A stretch of DNA of 64,000 bases from Squalus acanthias (taxonomy: Eukaryota), in contig JASTWF010000329.1 in assembly GCA_030390025.1 (NCBI GenBank), positions 372,001 through 436,000 of the forward strand, in the 5' to 3' direction. The position numbers were made by a program, and so were the translations under genes. The first letter of the stretch is position 1. Each line of letters starts with the position of its first letter. Shown piece after piece: positions 48,230 to 60,735 of the stretch. The notes under the pieces were generated by a model. It was not told the origin of the DNA, ran no database searches, and was given only the letters and a program-made list of their open reading frames with translations.

Positions 48230-49021
48230 TCACTTGTGAACTCGCTGGTGTGTCAGCAGGTGGGATGAGCGAGTGAATCCCTTCCCACAGTCAGAGCAGG
48301 TGAACGGCCTCTCCCCAGTGTGAACTCGCTGGTGTGTCAGGAGGTCAGATGACTGAGTGAATCCCTTCCCACACACGGAGCAGGTGAATGGCCTCTCCCC
48401 AGTGTGAACTCGCTGGTGTGTCACCAGAGTGGATGACTGAGTGAATCCCTTCCCACACACAGAGCAGGTGAACGGCCTCTCCCCAGTGTGAACTCGCTGG
48501 TGTCTCAGCAGGTGCGATGAACAAGTGAATCCCTTCCCACACACAGAGCAGGTGAACGGAATCTCCCCAGTGTGTGTGTGTTGGTGTGTCAGCAGAGTGG
48601 ATGACTGAGTGAATCCCTGCCCACACACGGAGCAGGTGAATGGCCTCTCCCCAGTGTGAACTCGCTGGTGTCTCAGCAGATCCTTTTTGCTTTTAAATCT
48701 CTTCTCACAGTCAGAACATTTAAAGGGTCTCATGTCAGTGTGAACATGCTGGTGTGTCCGCAGGTTGGATGACTGAGTGAACCTCTTCTCACACACGGGG
48801 CAGGTGAACGGCCTCTCCCCAGTGTGAACACGCTGGTGTCTCAGTAGGTGGGATGAATTAGTGAAGCACTTCCCACACTCAGAGCAGGTGAATGGCCTCT
48901 CCCCGGTGTGACTGCGCTTGTGTCTCGATAGGCCAGAGCAGCAGCTGAAGCCTCGTCCACACACAGAGCACATGTACGGTTTCTCCCCGCTGTGAACGGT
49001 GCTTTTTGCTTCCATGTGCAA
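48230..49021 (-). CDS. C2H2 zinc-finger protein E, 263 aa, 9 fingers, apparently intact
   Basis: ATG-initiated uninterrupted array; family acceptor tttacag|ggtattag at 49115/49116. Confidence 0.85.
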   Translation of the reverse strand: MHMEAKSTVHSGEKPYMCSVCGRGFSCCSGLSRHKRSHTGERPFTCSECGKCFTNSSHLLRHQRVHTGERPFTCPVCEKRFTQSSNLRTHQHVHTDMRPFKCSDCEKRFKSKKDLLRHQRVHTGERPFTCSVCGQGFTQSSTLLTHQHTHTGEIPFTCSVCGKGFTCSSHLLRHQRVHTGERPFTCSVCGKGFTQSSTLVTHQRVHTGERPFTCSVCGKGFTQSSDLLTHQRVHTGERPFTCSDCGKGFTRSSHLLTHQRVHK

Positions 49022-49288
49022 AGGCCGATGATATTCAGGTCATGATGAAGCAAGTTACTCTTGATGTGATGTTTGGTTTGAGCTTCCTGTCTGCAAATCC
49101 TCCCCTTCTAATACCCTGTAAAATGGATTCAAAACAGGAAAAAGGGAGGGTGAGAGAGAACCCACAAAAAAAGAAAGGCAGTTTGTGAAATTGTGCTCAA
49201 TGAATCTGGTCAGTTGTGGGGCCGGCACCAGAAACAAGTGACCGTGAAAGCTGCCGGATTGTCATAAAAACCCAACTGGTTCACTAAT

Positions 49289-50477
49289 AAGAACATTAGA
49301 AATAGGAGCAGGAGTCGGCCATTTGGCCCCTCGAGCCTGCTCCGCCATTCAATGAGATCATGGCTGATCTGATCTTGGGCTCAGCTCCATTTCCCTGCCC
49401 GCTCCCCATAATCCTTCACTCCCTTATTGTTCAAAAATCTGTCTATCTCCATCTTAAATGTATTTAATGACCCAGCCTCCACAGCCCTCTGGGGCAGAGA
49501 ATTCCACAGATTTACGACCCTCTGAGAGAAGAAATTCCTCCTCACCTCAGTTCTAAAAGGGCGACCCTTTATTCTGAAACTATGCCCCCTAGTTCTAGAT
49601 TCCCCCATGAGGAGAAACATCTTCTTTGCATCTACCTTGTCGAGCCGCTCAGAATCTTATATGTTTCAATAAGACCACCTCTCATTCTTCTAAACTCCAA
49701 TGAGTATAGGCCCAACCTGCTCAACCTTTCTTCATAAGTCAACCCCTTCATCTCAGGAATCAACCTCGTGAACCTTCTCTGAACTGCCTCCAATGCAAGT
49801 ATATCCCTCCTTAAATAAGGAGACCAAAACTGTACGCAGTACTCAAGGTGTGGTGTCACCAATACCCTGTACAGTTGTAGCAGGACTTCCCTGCTTTTAT
49901 ACTCCAACCCCCTTGCAATAAAGGCCAACATTCCATTTGCCTTCCTGATTACTTGCTGTACCTGCATGCTAACTTTTTGTGTTTCATGCACAAGGACCCC
50001 CAGGTCCCTCTGTACTGCAGCATTTTGTAATCTCTCTCCATTTAAATAATAATTTGCTTTTTTATTTTTCCTACCAAAGTGGATAACCTCACACTTTCCC
50101 ACATTATACTCCATCTGCCAAATGTTTGCCCACTCACCTAGCCTGTCTACATCCCTTTGCAGATTCTTTGAGTCCTCTTCACAACTTGCTTTCCCACCCA
50201 TCTTTGTATCATCAGCAAATTTGGTTACATTACACTTGGTCCCTTCATCCAAGTCATTAATATAGATTGTAAATAGTTGAGGCCCCAGCACTGATCCCTG
50301 TGGCACCCCACTAGTTACCGTTTGCCAACCGGAAAATGACCCATTTATCCCGACTCTCTGTTTTCTGTTAGTTAGCCAATCCGCTGTCCATGCTAATATA
50401 TTACCCCCAACCACGTGAGCTCTTGTGCAGTAACCTTTTATGTGGCACCTTATCGAATGCCTTCTGGAAATCCAAAT
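49289..50477 (-). mobile_element. CR1 LINE, 5'-truncated
   Basis: KFADDTK motif, frameshift near 49640, CR1 3' tail. Confidence 0.92.
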
Positions 50478-50861
50478 GTCCTTCAGGGAAGGGAACCTGC
50501 CTACACAAGACTCTGGCCTCTATGGGAGGAGAGAGAGATGGGGGAGAAGGAGAGGGGCTTTATACATCTGCAACTTGACAAGTCTCCTTTGACAGAACCT
50601 CCCAAGCCCACGACCTCCACCACCTAGAAGGACAAGGGAAACTGGTGCATGGGAGCACCATCACCTCCCAGTTTACCAGCAAGCCACACACCATCCTGAC
50701 TTGGACATATATCGCCGTTCCTTCACCAATCCTGGTTGGGAATCATGTAACTCCTTACCTAACAGCATTGTGGGAGTACTTTCACCACATGGACTGCAGC
50801 GGTTGAAGAAGGCGGCCCATCATCACCTTCTCAACGGGAAACTGAGGATTGGCAATATATG

Positions 50862-52720
50862 ATGGGTAGTGGCGTTCCACAAGGATCAGTGCTGAGACCA
50901 CTGCTGTTCACAATTTACATTAACAATTTAGACATTGGAATCAAAAACTCAATTTCTAAATTTGCGCATGACACTAAATTGGGGGGTTAGTCAATACTGA
51001 GGAGACTGCAACAAAGGGGGCGGGGCTAGTCAATACCGAGGAGACTGCAACAAAGGGGGCGGGGATAGTCAATACTGAGGAGACTGCAACAAAGGGGGCG
51101 GGGCTAGTCAATACTGAGGAGACTGCAACAAAGGGGGCGGGGCTAGTCAATACTGAGGAGACTGCAACAAAGGGGGCGGGGCTAGTCAATACTGAGGAGA
51201 CTGCAACAAAGGGGGCGGGGCTAGTCAATACTGAGGAGGACTGCAACAAAGGGGGCGGGGCTAGTCAATACTGAGGAGACTGCAACAAAGGGGGCGGGGC
51301 TAGTCAATACTGAGGAGGCTGCAACAAAGGGGGCGGGGCTAGTCAATACTGAGGAGACTGCAACAAAGGGGGCGGGGCTAGTCAATACTGAGGAGGCTGC
51401 AACAAAGGGGGCAGGGCTAGTCAACACGAGACTGCAACAAAGGGGGCGGGGCTAGTCAATACTGAGGAGGCTGCAACAAAGGGGGCGGGGCTAGTCAATA
51501 CTGAGGAGACTGCAACAAAGGGGGCGGGGCTAGTCAACACGAGACTGCAACAAAGGGGGCGGGGCTAGTCAATACTGAGGAGACTGCAACAAAGGGGGCG
51601 GGGCTAGTCAATACTGAGGAGGCTGCAACAAAGGGGGCGGGGCTAGTCAATACTGAGGAGACTGCAACAAAGGGGGCGGGGCTAGTCAATACTGAGGAGA
51701 CTGCAACAAAGGGGGCGGGGCTAGTCAATACTGAGGAGGCTGCAACAAAGGGGGCGGGGCTAGTCAATACTGAGGAGGACTGCAACAAAGGGGGCGGGGC
51801 TAGTCAATACTGAGGAGGCTGCAACAAAGGGGGCGGGGCTAGTCAATACTGAGGAGACTGCAACAAATTACAGGAGGACATTAATAAACTTGCAGAATGG
51901 GCATATAATTGGCAAATGAAGTTCAACACAGATAAATGTGAGGTATTACATTTTGGTAGGAAGAATAAGGAGGTCACTTATCACTTGGAGGGTGCGAGTC
52001 TAGGTAGGGTAGAGGAACAAAGGGATCTCGGAGTACAAATACACAAATCACTAAAAGTTGCGACACAGTTTAGCAAGGCCATAAAAAAAGCAAACCAAGC
52101 ACCAAGGTTTATTTCTAGAGGGATAAAATTGAAAAGTAGGGAAGTTATGCTAAACCTGTATCGAACCTCGGTTAGACCACACTTGGAGGACTGCGTACAG
52201 TTCTGGACGCCATATTATAAAAAGGATATAGAGGCACTGGAAAGGGTGCAGTGAAAATTTACAACGATGATAGCAGAAATGCGAGGGTATACATATCCGG
52301 AAAGGATGAACAGGCTGGGTCTCTTTTCTCTTGTAAAAAGGCTGAGGGGTGACCTAATAGAGGTCTTTAAAATTCTGAAAGGTTTTGATAGAGTGGATAC
52401 AGAGAGAATAACTAGAGGCCATCAATATAAGATAGTCACCAAGAAATCCAATAGGGAATTCAGAAGAAACTTCTTTACCCAGAGAGTGGTGAGAATGTGG
52501 AACTTGCTACCACAGGGAGTGGTTGAAGCGAATAGTATAGATGCATTTAACGGGAGGCTGGACAAGCAGATGATGGAGAAGGGAATAGAGGGTTATGGTG
52601 ATAGATTTAGATGAGGAAAGGCTGGAGGAGGCTCGAGTGGAGCATAAACGCTAGCATGGACTGGTTGGGCCGAATGGCCTGTTTCTGTGCCGTATATCCT
52701 ACGTATGGACGTAATATATG
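50862..52720 (+). mobile_element. CR1 3' part containing an internal minisatellite, inserted in a second-family LINE tail (about 50480-50861 and 52722-52765)
   Basis: [12 protein letters not shown] start, MKFNTDKCEVLHFG, CR1 3' UTR. Confidence 0.8.
50981..51866 (+). repeat. 39-bp minisatellite expanded from CR1 RT sequence, one GC box per unit
   Basis: Unit gggggcggggctagtcaatactgaggagactgcaacaaa, about 22 copies. Confidence 0.92.
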
Positions 52721-52958
52721 TTGGCCTTGCTAGTGACGCCCACATCCCAAGAATGAATTAAAATAAAGCTGTCTATGCAAAATGGATTAAAAGCCTCCAC
52801 AAAAATACTTGTTCCTAAAACAATAATCTTTTACATTGTATGGACATTGTCTGTTTAGCAACCTAATCTCCCCCAGAATCTAGCTCCCTTGACAGTCTCA
52901 CATTGGAAATTGTTGGGTCCTCCTGGGCTCAGAAGTACTGGGGGTTAAACCCAGCAGC

Positions 52959-53640
52959 ATCAAACACAGCCAGGGCAGGTACTGCACGGGTTAGATACAG
53001 AGTAAAGCTCCCTCTACACTGTCCCATCAAACACTCCCGGGGCAGGTTGAGCACGGGTTAGATACAGAGTAAAGCTCCCTCTACACTGTCCCATCAAACA
53101 CTCCCAGGGCAGGTACAGCACAGGTTAGATACAGAGTAAAGCTCCCTCTACACTGTCCCATCAAACACTCCCAGGGCAGGTACAGCACGAGTTAGATACA
53201 GAGTAAAGCTCCCTCTGCACTGTCCCATCAAACACTCCCAGGGCAGGTACATCACGGGTTAGATACAGAGTAAAGCTCTCTCTACACTGTCCCATCAAAC
53301 ACTCCAGGGCAGGTACAGCACAGGTTAGATACAGAGTAAAGCTCCCTCTACACTGTCCCATCAAACACTCCCAGGGCAGGTACAGCACAGGTTAGATACA
53401 GAGTAAAGCTCCCTCTACACTGTCCCATCAAACACTCCCAGGGCAGGTACAGCACAGGTTAGATACAGAGTAAAGCTCCCTCTACACTGTCCCATCAAAC
53501 ACTCCCAGGGCAGGTACAGCACGGGTTAGATACAGAGTAAAGCTCCCTCTGCACTGTCCCATCAAACACTCCCAGGGCAGGTACATCACGGGTTAGATAC
53601 AGAGTAAAGCTCCCTCTACACTGTCCCATCAAACACTCCA
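52959..53640 (+). repeat. 67-bp tandem repeat, about 10 copies
   Basis: Unit catcaaacactcccagggcaggtacagcacgggttagatacagagtaaagctccctctacactgtcc. Confidence 0.92.
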
Positions 53641-55412
53641 GTGCAGTGCTGAGGGACATAAGAACATAAGAAATAGGAGCAGGAGTAGGCCAATTGGCCC
53701 CTCGAGCCTGCTCCGCCATTCAATAAGATCATGGCTGATCTGATCCTAACCGCCAATCTACTATCACAGAACCATCTCCTGAACCTAACAGAATTGGACA
53801 CACGAAATAGGAGCAGGATCAGGCTACACGCCCCTGGGCCCGCTATGCTACCCACAGGGCCATGACCAATCCGAACCTAGACTCATGTCCAAATTCCTGC
53901 CCGCTCCCCGTAACCCTTAATGCCCTTTACTTCTAGGAAACTGTCTATTTCTGTTTTAAATTTATTTAATGATGTAGCTTCTACAGCTTTTTGGGGCAGC
54001 ATATTCCATGGACCTACCACCCTCTGAGTGAAGTAGTTCCTTCTCATCTCAGTTTTGAAAGAGCAGCCCCTTATTCTAAGACTATGCCCCCTAGTTCTAG
54101 TTTCACCCATCATCGGGAACATCCTCCCCGCATCCACCCGATCCAACCCCTTTACAATCTTAAATGTTTCAATAAGATCGCCTCTCATTCTTCTGAACTC
54201 CAATGAGTAGAGTCCCAATCTACCCAACCTCTCCTCATATGTCCATCCCCTCATCCCCGGGATTAACCGAGTGAACCTTCTTTGTACTGATTCGAGAGCA
54301 AGTATGTCTTTTCTTAAGTATGGACACCAAAACTGTATGCAGTATTCCAGGTGCGGTCTCACCAATACCTTGTACAACTGAAGCAATACCTCCCTATTTT
54401 TATATTCTATCCCCCTAGCAATAAAAGCCAACATTCCATTGGCCTTCTTAATCACTTGCTGCACCTGCATACTAACCTTTTGAGTTTCGTGCACCAGGAC
54501 CCCCAGATCCCTTTGTACTTCAGTACTTTCCAGTTTCTTGCCATTAAGATAATAACTTGTTCTACTATTTTTCCTGCCAAAGTGCATAACCTCACACTTT
54601 CCAGTATTGTATTCCATCTGCCAAATCTCTGCCCACTTACTTAGCCTGTCTATGTCCCCTTGCAGATTTTTTATGTCCTCCTCACTCACTACTTTCCCTC
54701 CCATCTTAGTATCATCTGCAAAACTTTGATATGTTACACTCGGTCCCCTCCTCCAAATCGTTAATATAGATTGTAAAGAGTTGGGGACCCAGCACTGACC
54801 CCTGCGGAACACCACTAGTTACTGACTGCCAGTCTGAGAATGAACCATTTATCCCAACTCTCTGCCTTCTGTTAGATAGCCAATCCTCTATCCATGCCAG
54901 AATATTACCCCCAATCCCGTGATTTTTTATCTTAAGCAATAATCTTTTGTGTGGCACCTTGTCAAATGCCCTTTGGAAGTCTAAATACACCACATCCACT
55001 GGTTCCCCTTTATCCACCCTGTATGTGACTTCCTCAAAGAACTCCAGCAAATTTGTCAAACATGACTTCCCCTTCATAAAACCATGCTGACTTTGTCCTA
55101 TTAAATTATGATTATCCAAATGTCCCGTTACTGTCTCCTTAATAATGGACTCCAAAATTTTACCTACCACAGATGTTAGGCTAACCGGTCTATAGTTTCC
55201 AGCCTTCTGTCTACTGCCCTTTTTAAATAAAAATGAGAAGTCGCACAACACCAGGTTATAGTCCAACAGATTTATTTAATTTTACAAGCTTTCGGAGCTG
55301 TCGCTCCTTCGTCAGGTAAGTTAGCAATGAGAGAATCTCCCAGAATTCACAATTTAAACCCAGACAAAATCTATTCACATTATTCGCTACAACAAAGAGC
55401 ACAGCCAAGACA

Positions 55413-57038
55413 ATGAGATGTGTCCCAGGGGGTCCAACATGTCAAACCACCTGCTGGCTGCATATCCTGTCAATTTGTGTTCTTGTGTTAGCCTTTTTAA
55501 AAAAAAAACCAGGCAACGGAACCCTGTGTGAGAACCTCTCTGGGTACGTCGAGGGCATCCTGAAACCCATCGTACAGGGAACCCCCAGCTTCTGTCGCGA
55601 CACTGCAGATTTCTTGCAGAAACTCAGCACCCATGGACCAGTTGAACCAGGAACACTCCTCGTCACAATGGACGTATCGGCACTCTACACCAATATCCCC
55701 CACAATGACGGCATCGCTGCGACAGCCTCAGTACTCAACACAAACAACAGCCAATCTCCGGACGCCATCTTACAACTCATCCGCTTCATCCTTGACCACA
55801 ATGTCTTCACCTTCGACAACCATTTTTTCACCCAAACACACGGAACAGCCATGGGGACCAAATTCGCACCCCAATACGCCAACATCTTCATGCACAAGTT
55901 CGAGCAAGACTTCTTCGCTGCACAGGACCTCCAACCAACGCTGTACACCAGATACATCGACGACATCTTCTTCCTTTGGACCCACGGCGAAGGATCACTG
56001 AAAGGACTACACGATAGCATCAACAGGTTCCATCCCACCATCAAACTCACCATGGACTACTCCTCAGAATCGGTTTCATTCTTGGACACACGAATCTCCA
56101 TCAAAGACGGACGCCTCAGCACTTCACTCTACCGCAAGCCCACGGACAACCTCACGATGCTCCACTTCTCCAGCTTCCACCCTAACCACGTTAAAGAAGC
56201 CATCCCCTATGGACAAGCCCTGCGAATACACAGGATCTGCTCAGACGAGGAGGAACGCGATGGACACCTACGGACACTGAAAGACGCTCTCGTAAGAACA
56301 GGATATGACGCTCGACTCGTCGATCGACAGTTCCGACGGGCCACAGCGAAAAACCGCATAGACCTCCTCAGAAGACGAACACGGGACACAACCAACAGAG
56401 TACCCTACGTCGTCCAGTACTTCCCCGGAGCGGAAAAACTACGCCATGTTCTTCGCAGCCTTCAACATGTCATCGATGACGACGAACACCTTGCTAAGGC
56501 CATCCCCACGCCTCCACTACTCGCCTTCAAGCAGCCGCCTAACCTCAAAAGTACCATCGTTCGCAGCAGATTACCCATCTTTCAGGAGAACAGCAACCAA
56601 GACACCACACAACCCTGCCACGGCAACCTCTGCAAGACATGCCAAATCATGGACACAGATACCATCATTACACGTGAGGACACTACCCACCAGGTACACG
56701 GTACATACTCATGTGACTCGGCCAACGTTGTCTACCTGATACGTTGCAGTAAAGGATGCTCCAGAGCATGGTACATCGGCGAGACCATGCAGACACTGAG
56801 ACAACGTATGAACGGACACCGCGCAACAATCGCCAGGCAGGAGGGTTGCCTCCCAGTCGGGGAACACTTCAGCAGCCAGGGGCATTCAGCCTCGGATCTG
56901 CGGGTAAGCGTTCTCCAAGGCGGCCTTCGAGATACACGACAGCGCAAAATCATAGAGCAGAAACTGATAGCCAAGTTCCGCACTCATGAGGATGGCCTCA
57001 ATCGCGATATCGGGTTCATGTCACGATACAGAACGTGA
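55413..57038 (+). CDS. Penelope RT plus GIY-YIG endonuclease; about 33 N-terminal residues come from the inverted repeat
   Basis: MDVSALYTNI, GTAMG, YIDD; Cys linker PCHGNLCKTC; NVVYLIRC...YIGET...RMNGH. Confidence 0.85.
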   Translation: MRCVPGGPTCQTTCWLHILSICVLVLAFLKKKPGNGTLCENLSGYVEGILKPIVQGTPSFCRDTADFLQKLSTHGPVEPGTLLVTMDVSALYTNIPHNDGIAATASVLNTNNSQSPDAILQLIRFILDHNVFTFDNHFFTQTHGTAMGTKFAPQYANIFMHKFEQDFFAAQDLQPTLYTRYIDDIFFLWTHGEGSLKGLHDSINRFHPTIKLTMDYSSESVSFLDTRISIKDGRLSTSLYRKPTDNLTMLHFSSFHPNHVKEAIPYGQALRIHRICSDEEERDGHLRTLKDALVRTGYDARLVDRQFRRATAKNRIDLLRRRTRDTTNRVPYVVQYFPGAEKLRHVLRSLQHVIDDDEHLAKAIPTPPLLAFKQPPNLKSTIVRSRLPIFQENSNQDTTQPCHGNLCKTCQIMDTDTIITREDTTHQVHGTYSCDSANVVYLIRCSKGCSRAWYIGETMQTLRQRMNGHRATIARQEGCLPVGEHFSSQGHSASDLRVSVLQGGLRDTRQRKIIEQKLIAKFRTHEDGLNRDIGFMSRYRT

Positions 57039-57267
57039 CTTGACATCATGGCCGGTCTTCCCAGGTGTTTTTTTTGGTTTTTTTTTTTAAAAAGGCTAAC
57101 ACAAGAACACAAATTGACAGGATATGCAGCCAGCAGGTGGTTTGACACGTTGGACCCCCTGGGACACATCTCATTGTCTTGGCTGTGCTCTTTGTTGTAG
57201 CGAATAATGTGAATAGATTTTGTCTGGGTTTAAATTGTGAATTCTGGGAGATTCTCTCATTGCTAAC

Positions 57268-57305
57268 TTACCTGACGAAGGAGCGACAGCTCCGAAAGCT
57301 TGTAA
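57268..57305 (+). ncRNA. Minimal type I hammerhead ribozyme motif (mirror copy on the minus strand at 55282-55319)
   Basis: UUAC-CUGACGA-A-GGAGC-GACA-GCUCC-GAAA-GC-UU-GUAA: core boxes, 5-bp helix II, palindromic AGCU helix III, helix I UUAC/GUAA. Confidence 0.75.
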
Positions 57306-59051
57306 AATTAAATAAATCTGTTGGACTATAACCTGGTGTTGTGCGACTTCTCATTTTTGTCCACCCCAGTCCAACGCCGGCATCTCCACATCATGACCTC
57401 TTTTTAAATAAGGGTGTTACATTAGCAGTTTTCCAATCTGCCGGGATCTTTGCTGAGTCCAGGGAGTTTTGGAAAATTATCAATGCATCCACAATCCCTA
57501 CCGCCACTTCCCTCAAGACCCTAGGATGTAAGCCATCAGGTGCAGGTGATTTATCCGCCTTGAGTCCCATTATTTTACCGAGTACCACTTCCTTAGTGAT
57601 TTTGATCGTGTTTAGCTCCTCACCCCCTATAGCCCCCTGTTTGTCCAGTGTTGGGATATTCTTAGTGTCCTCTACTGTAAAGACTGATACAAAATATTCA
57701 TTCAGTGTATTTGCCATCTCCATATTTCCCACCATTAATTTCCAGGTCTCATCCTCTAGGGGACCAACATTTACTTTAGCCACCCTTTTTCTTTTTATAT
57801 AACTATAAAAACTCTTACTGTCTGTTTTTATATTTTTTGCTAATTTACTTTCATAATCTATCTTCCCTTTCTTAATCAATCTTTTTGTTATTTTTTGCTG
57901 TCTTTTAAAGTTTTCCCAATCCTCTATCCTCCCACTAGATTTGGCTACCTTATAAGCCCTTGTTTTTAGTCGAAAACTATCCTTAATTTCTTCACTTAGC
58001 CACGGATGACTGTCTTTTCTTTTACACCCTTTTCTTCTCAGTGGAATATATATTTTTTGGAAGTTGTAAAATAACTCCTTAAATGTACACCACTGATCAT
58101 GTATCGTCTTACGCTTTAATCTATTTTCCCAATCCACTCTACTCAATTCCGCTCGCATACCTTCATAGTCTCCTTTATTCAAGCTTAGCACGCTTGTTTG
58201 AGATCCAACCTTCTCACTCTCTAATTGAATATGGAATTCAACCATGTTATGGTCACTCATTCCAAGGGGATCCTTTACTAGGACATTTTTAATTAATCCT
58301 GTCTCGTTACGCAGGACCAGATCTAAGGTTGCTTGCCCCCTGGTCGGTTCAGTTACATACTGCTCAAGAAACCCATCCCTAATACACTCAATGAACTCAT
58401 CCTCAAGGCAGCCCTGCCCAATTTGATTTGTCCAATTAATATGATAGTTAAAATCCCCCATAATTATAGATGTTCCCTTATTACAAGCCTCAACTATTTC
58501 CTGATTGATACTCCGTCCAACAGAGTTGCAACTGTTCGGAGGCCTATAGACTACGCCCACTAGTGTTTTTTTCCCCTTATTATTCCTTATCTCCACCCAA
58601 ACTGTTTCATTATCCTGATCTTTTGACCCAATATCATTTCTCTGTATTACAGTGATTCCTTCCTTTATTAACATAGCCACCCCACCTCCCCTTCCTTCCT
58701 GCCTGTCCTTCCTGATCGTTAAATAACCTGGTATGTTTAATTCCCAGGCATTGTCACCCTGCAGCCATGTTTCTGTAATGGCCACAAGATCATACCCATA
58801 TGTAGTTATTTGTGCCATTAACTTGTCTATTTTGTTACGAATGCTACGTGCATTCAGATAGAGAACTTTCAAATATGTTTTGTGACACTTAGTTCCTGCT
58901 TTTGCCCTTTTTATTACTTTACCTTTTACTCCATACTTTCTGCCCCTTCCTGACACACTCTGGTTTTTAATTTCCCCACTGCTACCTAAGTCTATGACCT
59001 TCTCTGTTGTCATTTTTATTATTTGCTCTCTAGGAACCTCCCCCTCACTAG

Positions 59052-60005
59052 TTAGTTTAAAGCCCTCTCTACAGCCCTAGTTATATGATCCGCCAGGACT
59101 CTAGTCCCAGCACTGGCCAAGTGAAGCCCGTCCCAACGGAACAGCTCCCTCCTGCCCCAGTACAGGTGCCAGTGTCCCAGGAAGCAAAACCCATTTCTCC
59201 CACACCAGTCTTTGAGCCACTCATTTAACTCTTTAATTTTATTTGTCCTAGCCAAATTCGCTCGTGGCTCAGGTAATAATCCAGAGATTATTACCCTTGA
59301 GGTTCTGTTTTTTAATTTGACCCCTAGCTGCTCATACTCCTTTAACAGAACCGGCTTCCTTGTCCTATCTACGTCATTTGTACCAACATGGACCACGACA
59401 ACTGGATCCAACCCCTCCCACTGCAAGTTTCTTTCCAGCCCAGAGGAGATGTCCTTAACCCTGGCACCGGGCAGGCAACACAGCCTACGGGACTCTCGCT
59501 CTCGGCTGCAGAGAACTCGATCTATCCCCCTAATAATACTATCCCCTACCACTACAACATTTCTATTTACTCCCCCCTCTTGAATGGCCCCCCGTTCCAT
59601 GGTGCTGTGGCCAGGTTGCTCATCCTCCCTGCAGTCCCTGCTCCTGTCCCCACAGGGAGTAAGAACCTCGAACCTGTTGGACAAGAGCAAGGGCTGCGGC
59701 TCCTCCAACACTGCCTCCTGGATCCTCGTACCTGCCTCACTCGTAGTCACACCGTCCTGTCCCTGACCATGGGCTACATCTGAATTAATTAACTTCATAG
59801 GTGTGACCACCTCCTGAAACACAGAGTCCAGGTACTTCTCCCCCTCCCTGATGTGTCGCAGTGTCTGAAGCTCAGACACCAGCTCATCAACACGGAGCTG
59901 GAGTTCCTGTAGCAGCAGACACTTGTCACAGATGTAATCACCGTGAGCCTCAATCGGGTCCACCGGCTCCCACATCTCACAACAGTAACACATCACCTGC
60001 TCCAT
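59052..60005 (-). CDS. CR1 ORF1 protein (N-terminal Cys finger/leucine zipper plus SGNH-type esterase), intact frame
   Basis: CYCC...CDKC followed by heptad leucines; VVGDSI, HVGTND and DGLHL motifs. Confidence 0.88.
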   Translation of the reverse strand: MEQVMCYCCEMWEPVDPIEAHGDYICDKCLLLQELQLRVDELVSELQTLRHIREGEKYLDSVFQEVVTPMKLINSDVAHGQGQDGVTTSEAGTRIQEAVLEEPQPLLLSNRFEVLTPCGDRSRDCREDEQPGHSTMERGAIQEGGVNRNVVVVGDSIIRGIDRVLCSRERESRRLCCLPGARVKDISSGLERNLQWEGLDPVVVVHVGTNDVDRTRKPVLLKEYEQLGVKLKNRTSRVIISGLLPEPRANLARTNKIKELNEWLKDWCGRNGFCFLGHWHLYWGRRELFRWDGLHLASAGTRVLADHITRAVERALN

Positions 60006-60735
60006 TCTATGTAATTAATTAAATGTTTTTGTTAGTTATGGACACTCTCTGCCCGATTATAGACGCTAGTATCCCCTCTAATTAATTGGATTTAAATTAA
60101 ATCAATCCCTCTACATTACACCAGTTAAATGGTTTACCAACAGTCACTCTGCACCAGAAAGGCCTTATTAACTACAACCCACAGAGTTAAAGTTTGAAAA
60201 GAGCACCCTACACCCCACTCACCCGAACTCACACTTACCCAAACTCAGCACTCTCTGCTGACTCGCACTAGCACTGGTCTTTTTATACTGTTTGTTTGTT
60301 TACAGCCAAATGAGTCACCCCTGCTGATTGATTAGAAAACTGGTTTCCACTGCCTGCTGTGCCAATTTACTCCTACTGCAGTGTAACCTTGTTTTACTCT
60401 TCTTAAACCAACAGAATCCCAAATATTTAACTTTTCCCCTTCACTTAAACTGCTTAAGTACTCTTATCAAGAATGATTTAAAGAGAACTAACATTTACAG
60501 AACTCTCACACTTACCCAAACTCAGCACTCTCTGCTGGCTCGCACTAGCACTGGTCTTTTTATACTGTTGGGACACTGCAGCCCCAACAAGTCAATCAGC
60601 TATATATCCAGAATATTAACTCGATAACTGGGATGGGGTTTATTGACATCAGCAGAAACAAATGCCAACTGTCAGAATGATTTCAGTCCTGGATGTGATT
60701 ACAGCAGCAATAACATCAGAATCCAACTCCTGCAG

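Larger units (their letters stand above)
55231..57399 (+). mobile_element. Penelope-like element (Neptune type), 5'-truncated with inverted terminal repeat copy
   Basis: 12-bp TSD ctttttaaataa at 55219-55230 and 57400-57411; inverted repeats of about 280 bp at 55231-55510 and 57076-57358. Confidence 0.92.
53659..60569 (-). mobile_element. Full-length CR1 LINE interrupted by a Penelope
   Basis: ORF1 60005-59052; ORF2 from 59013 (APE plus RT) split at 57400/55230 and frameshifted near 54720; candidate TSD gggaca at 53653-53658 and 60570-60575. Confidence 0.93.
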
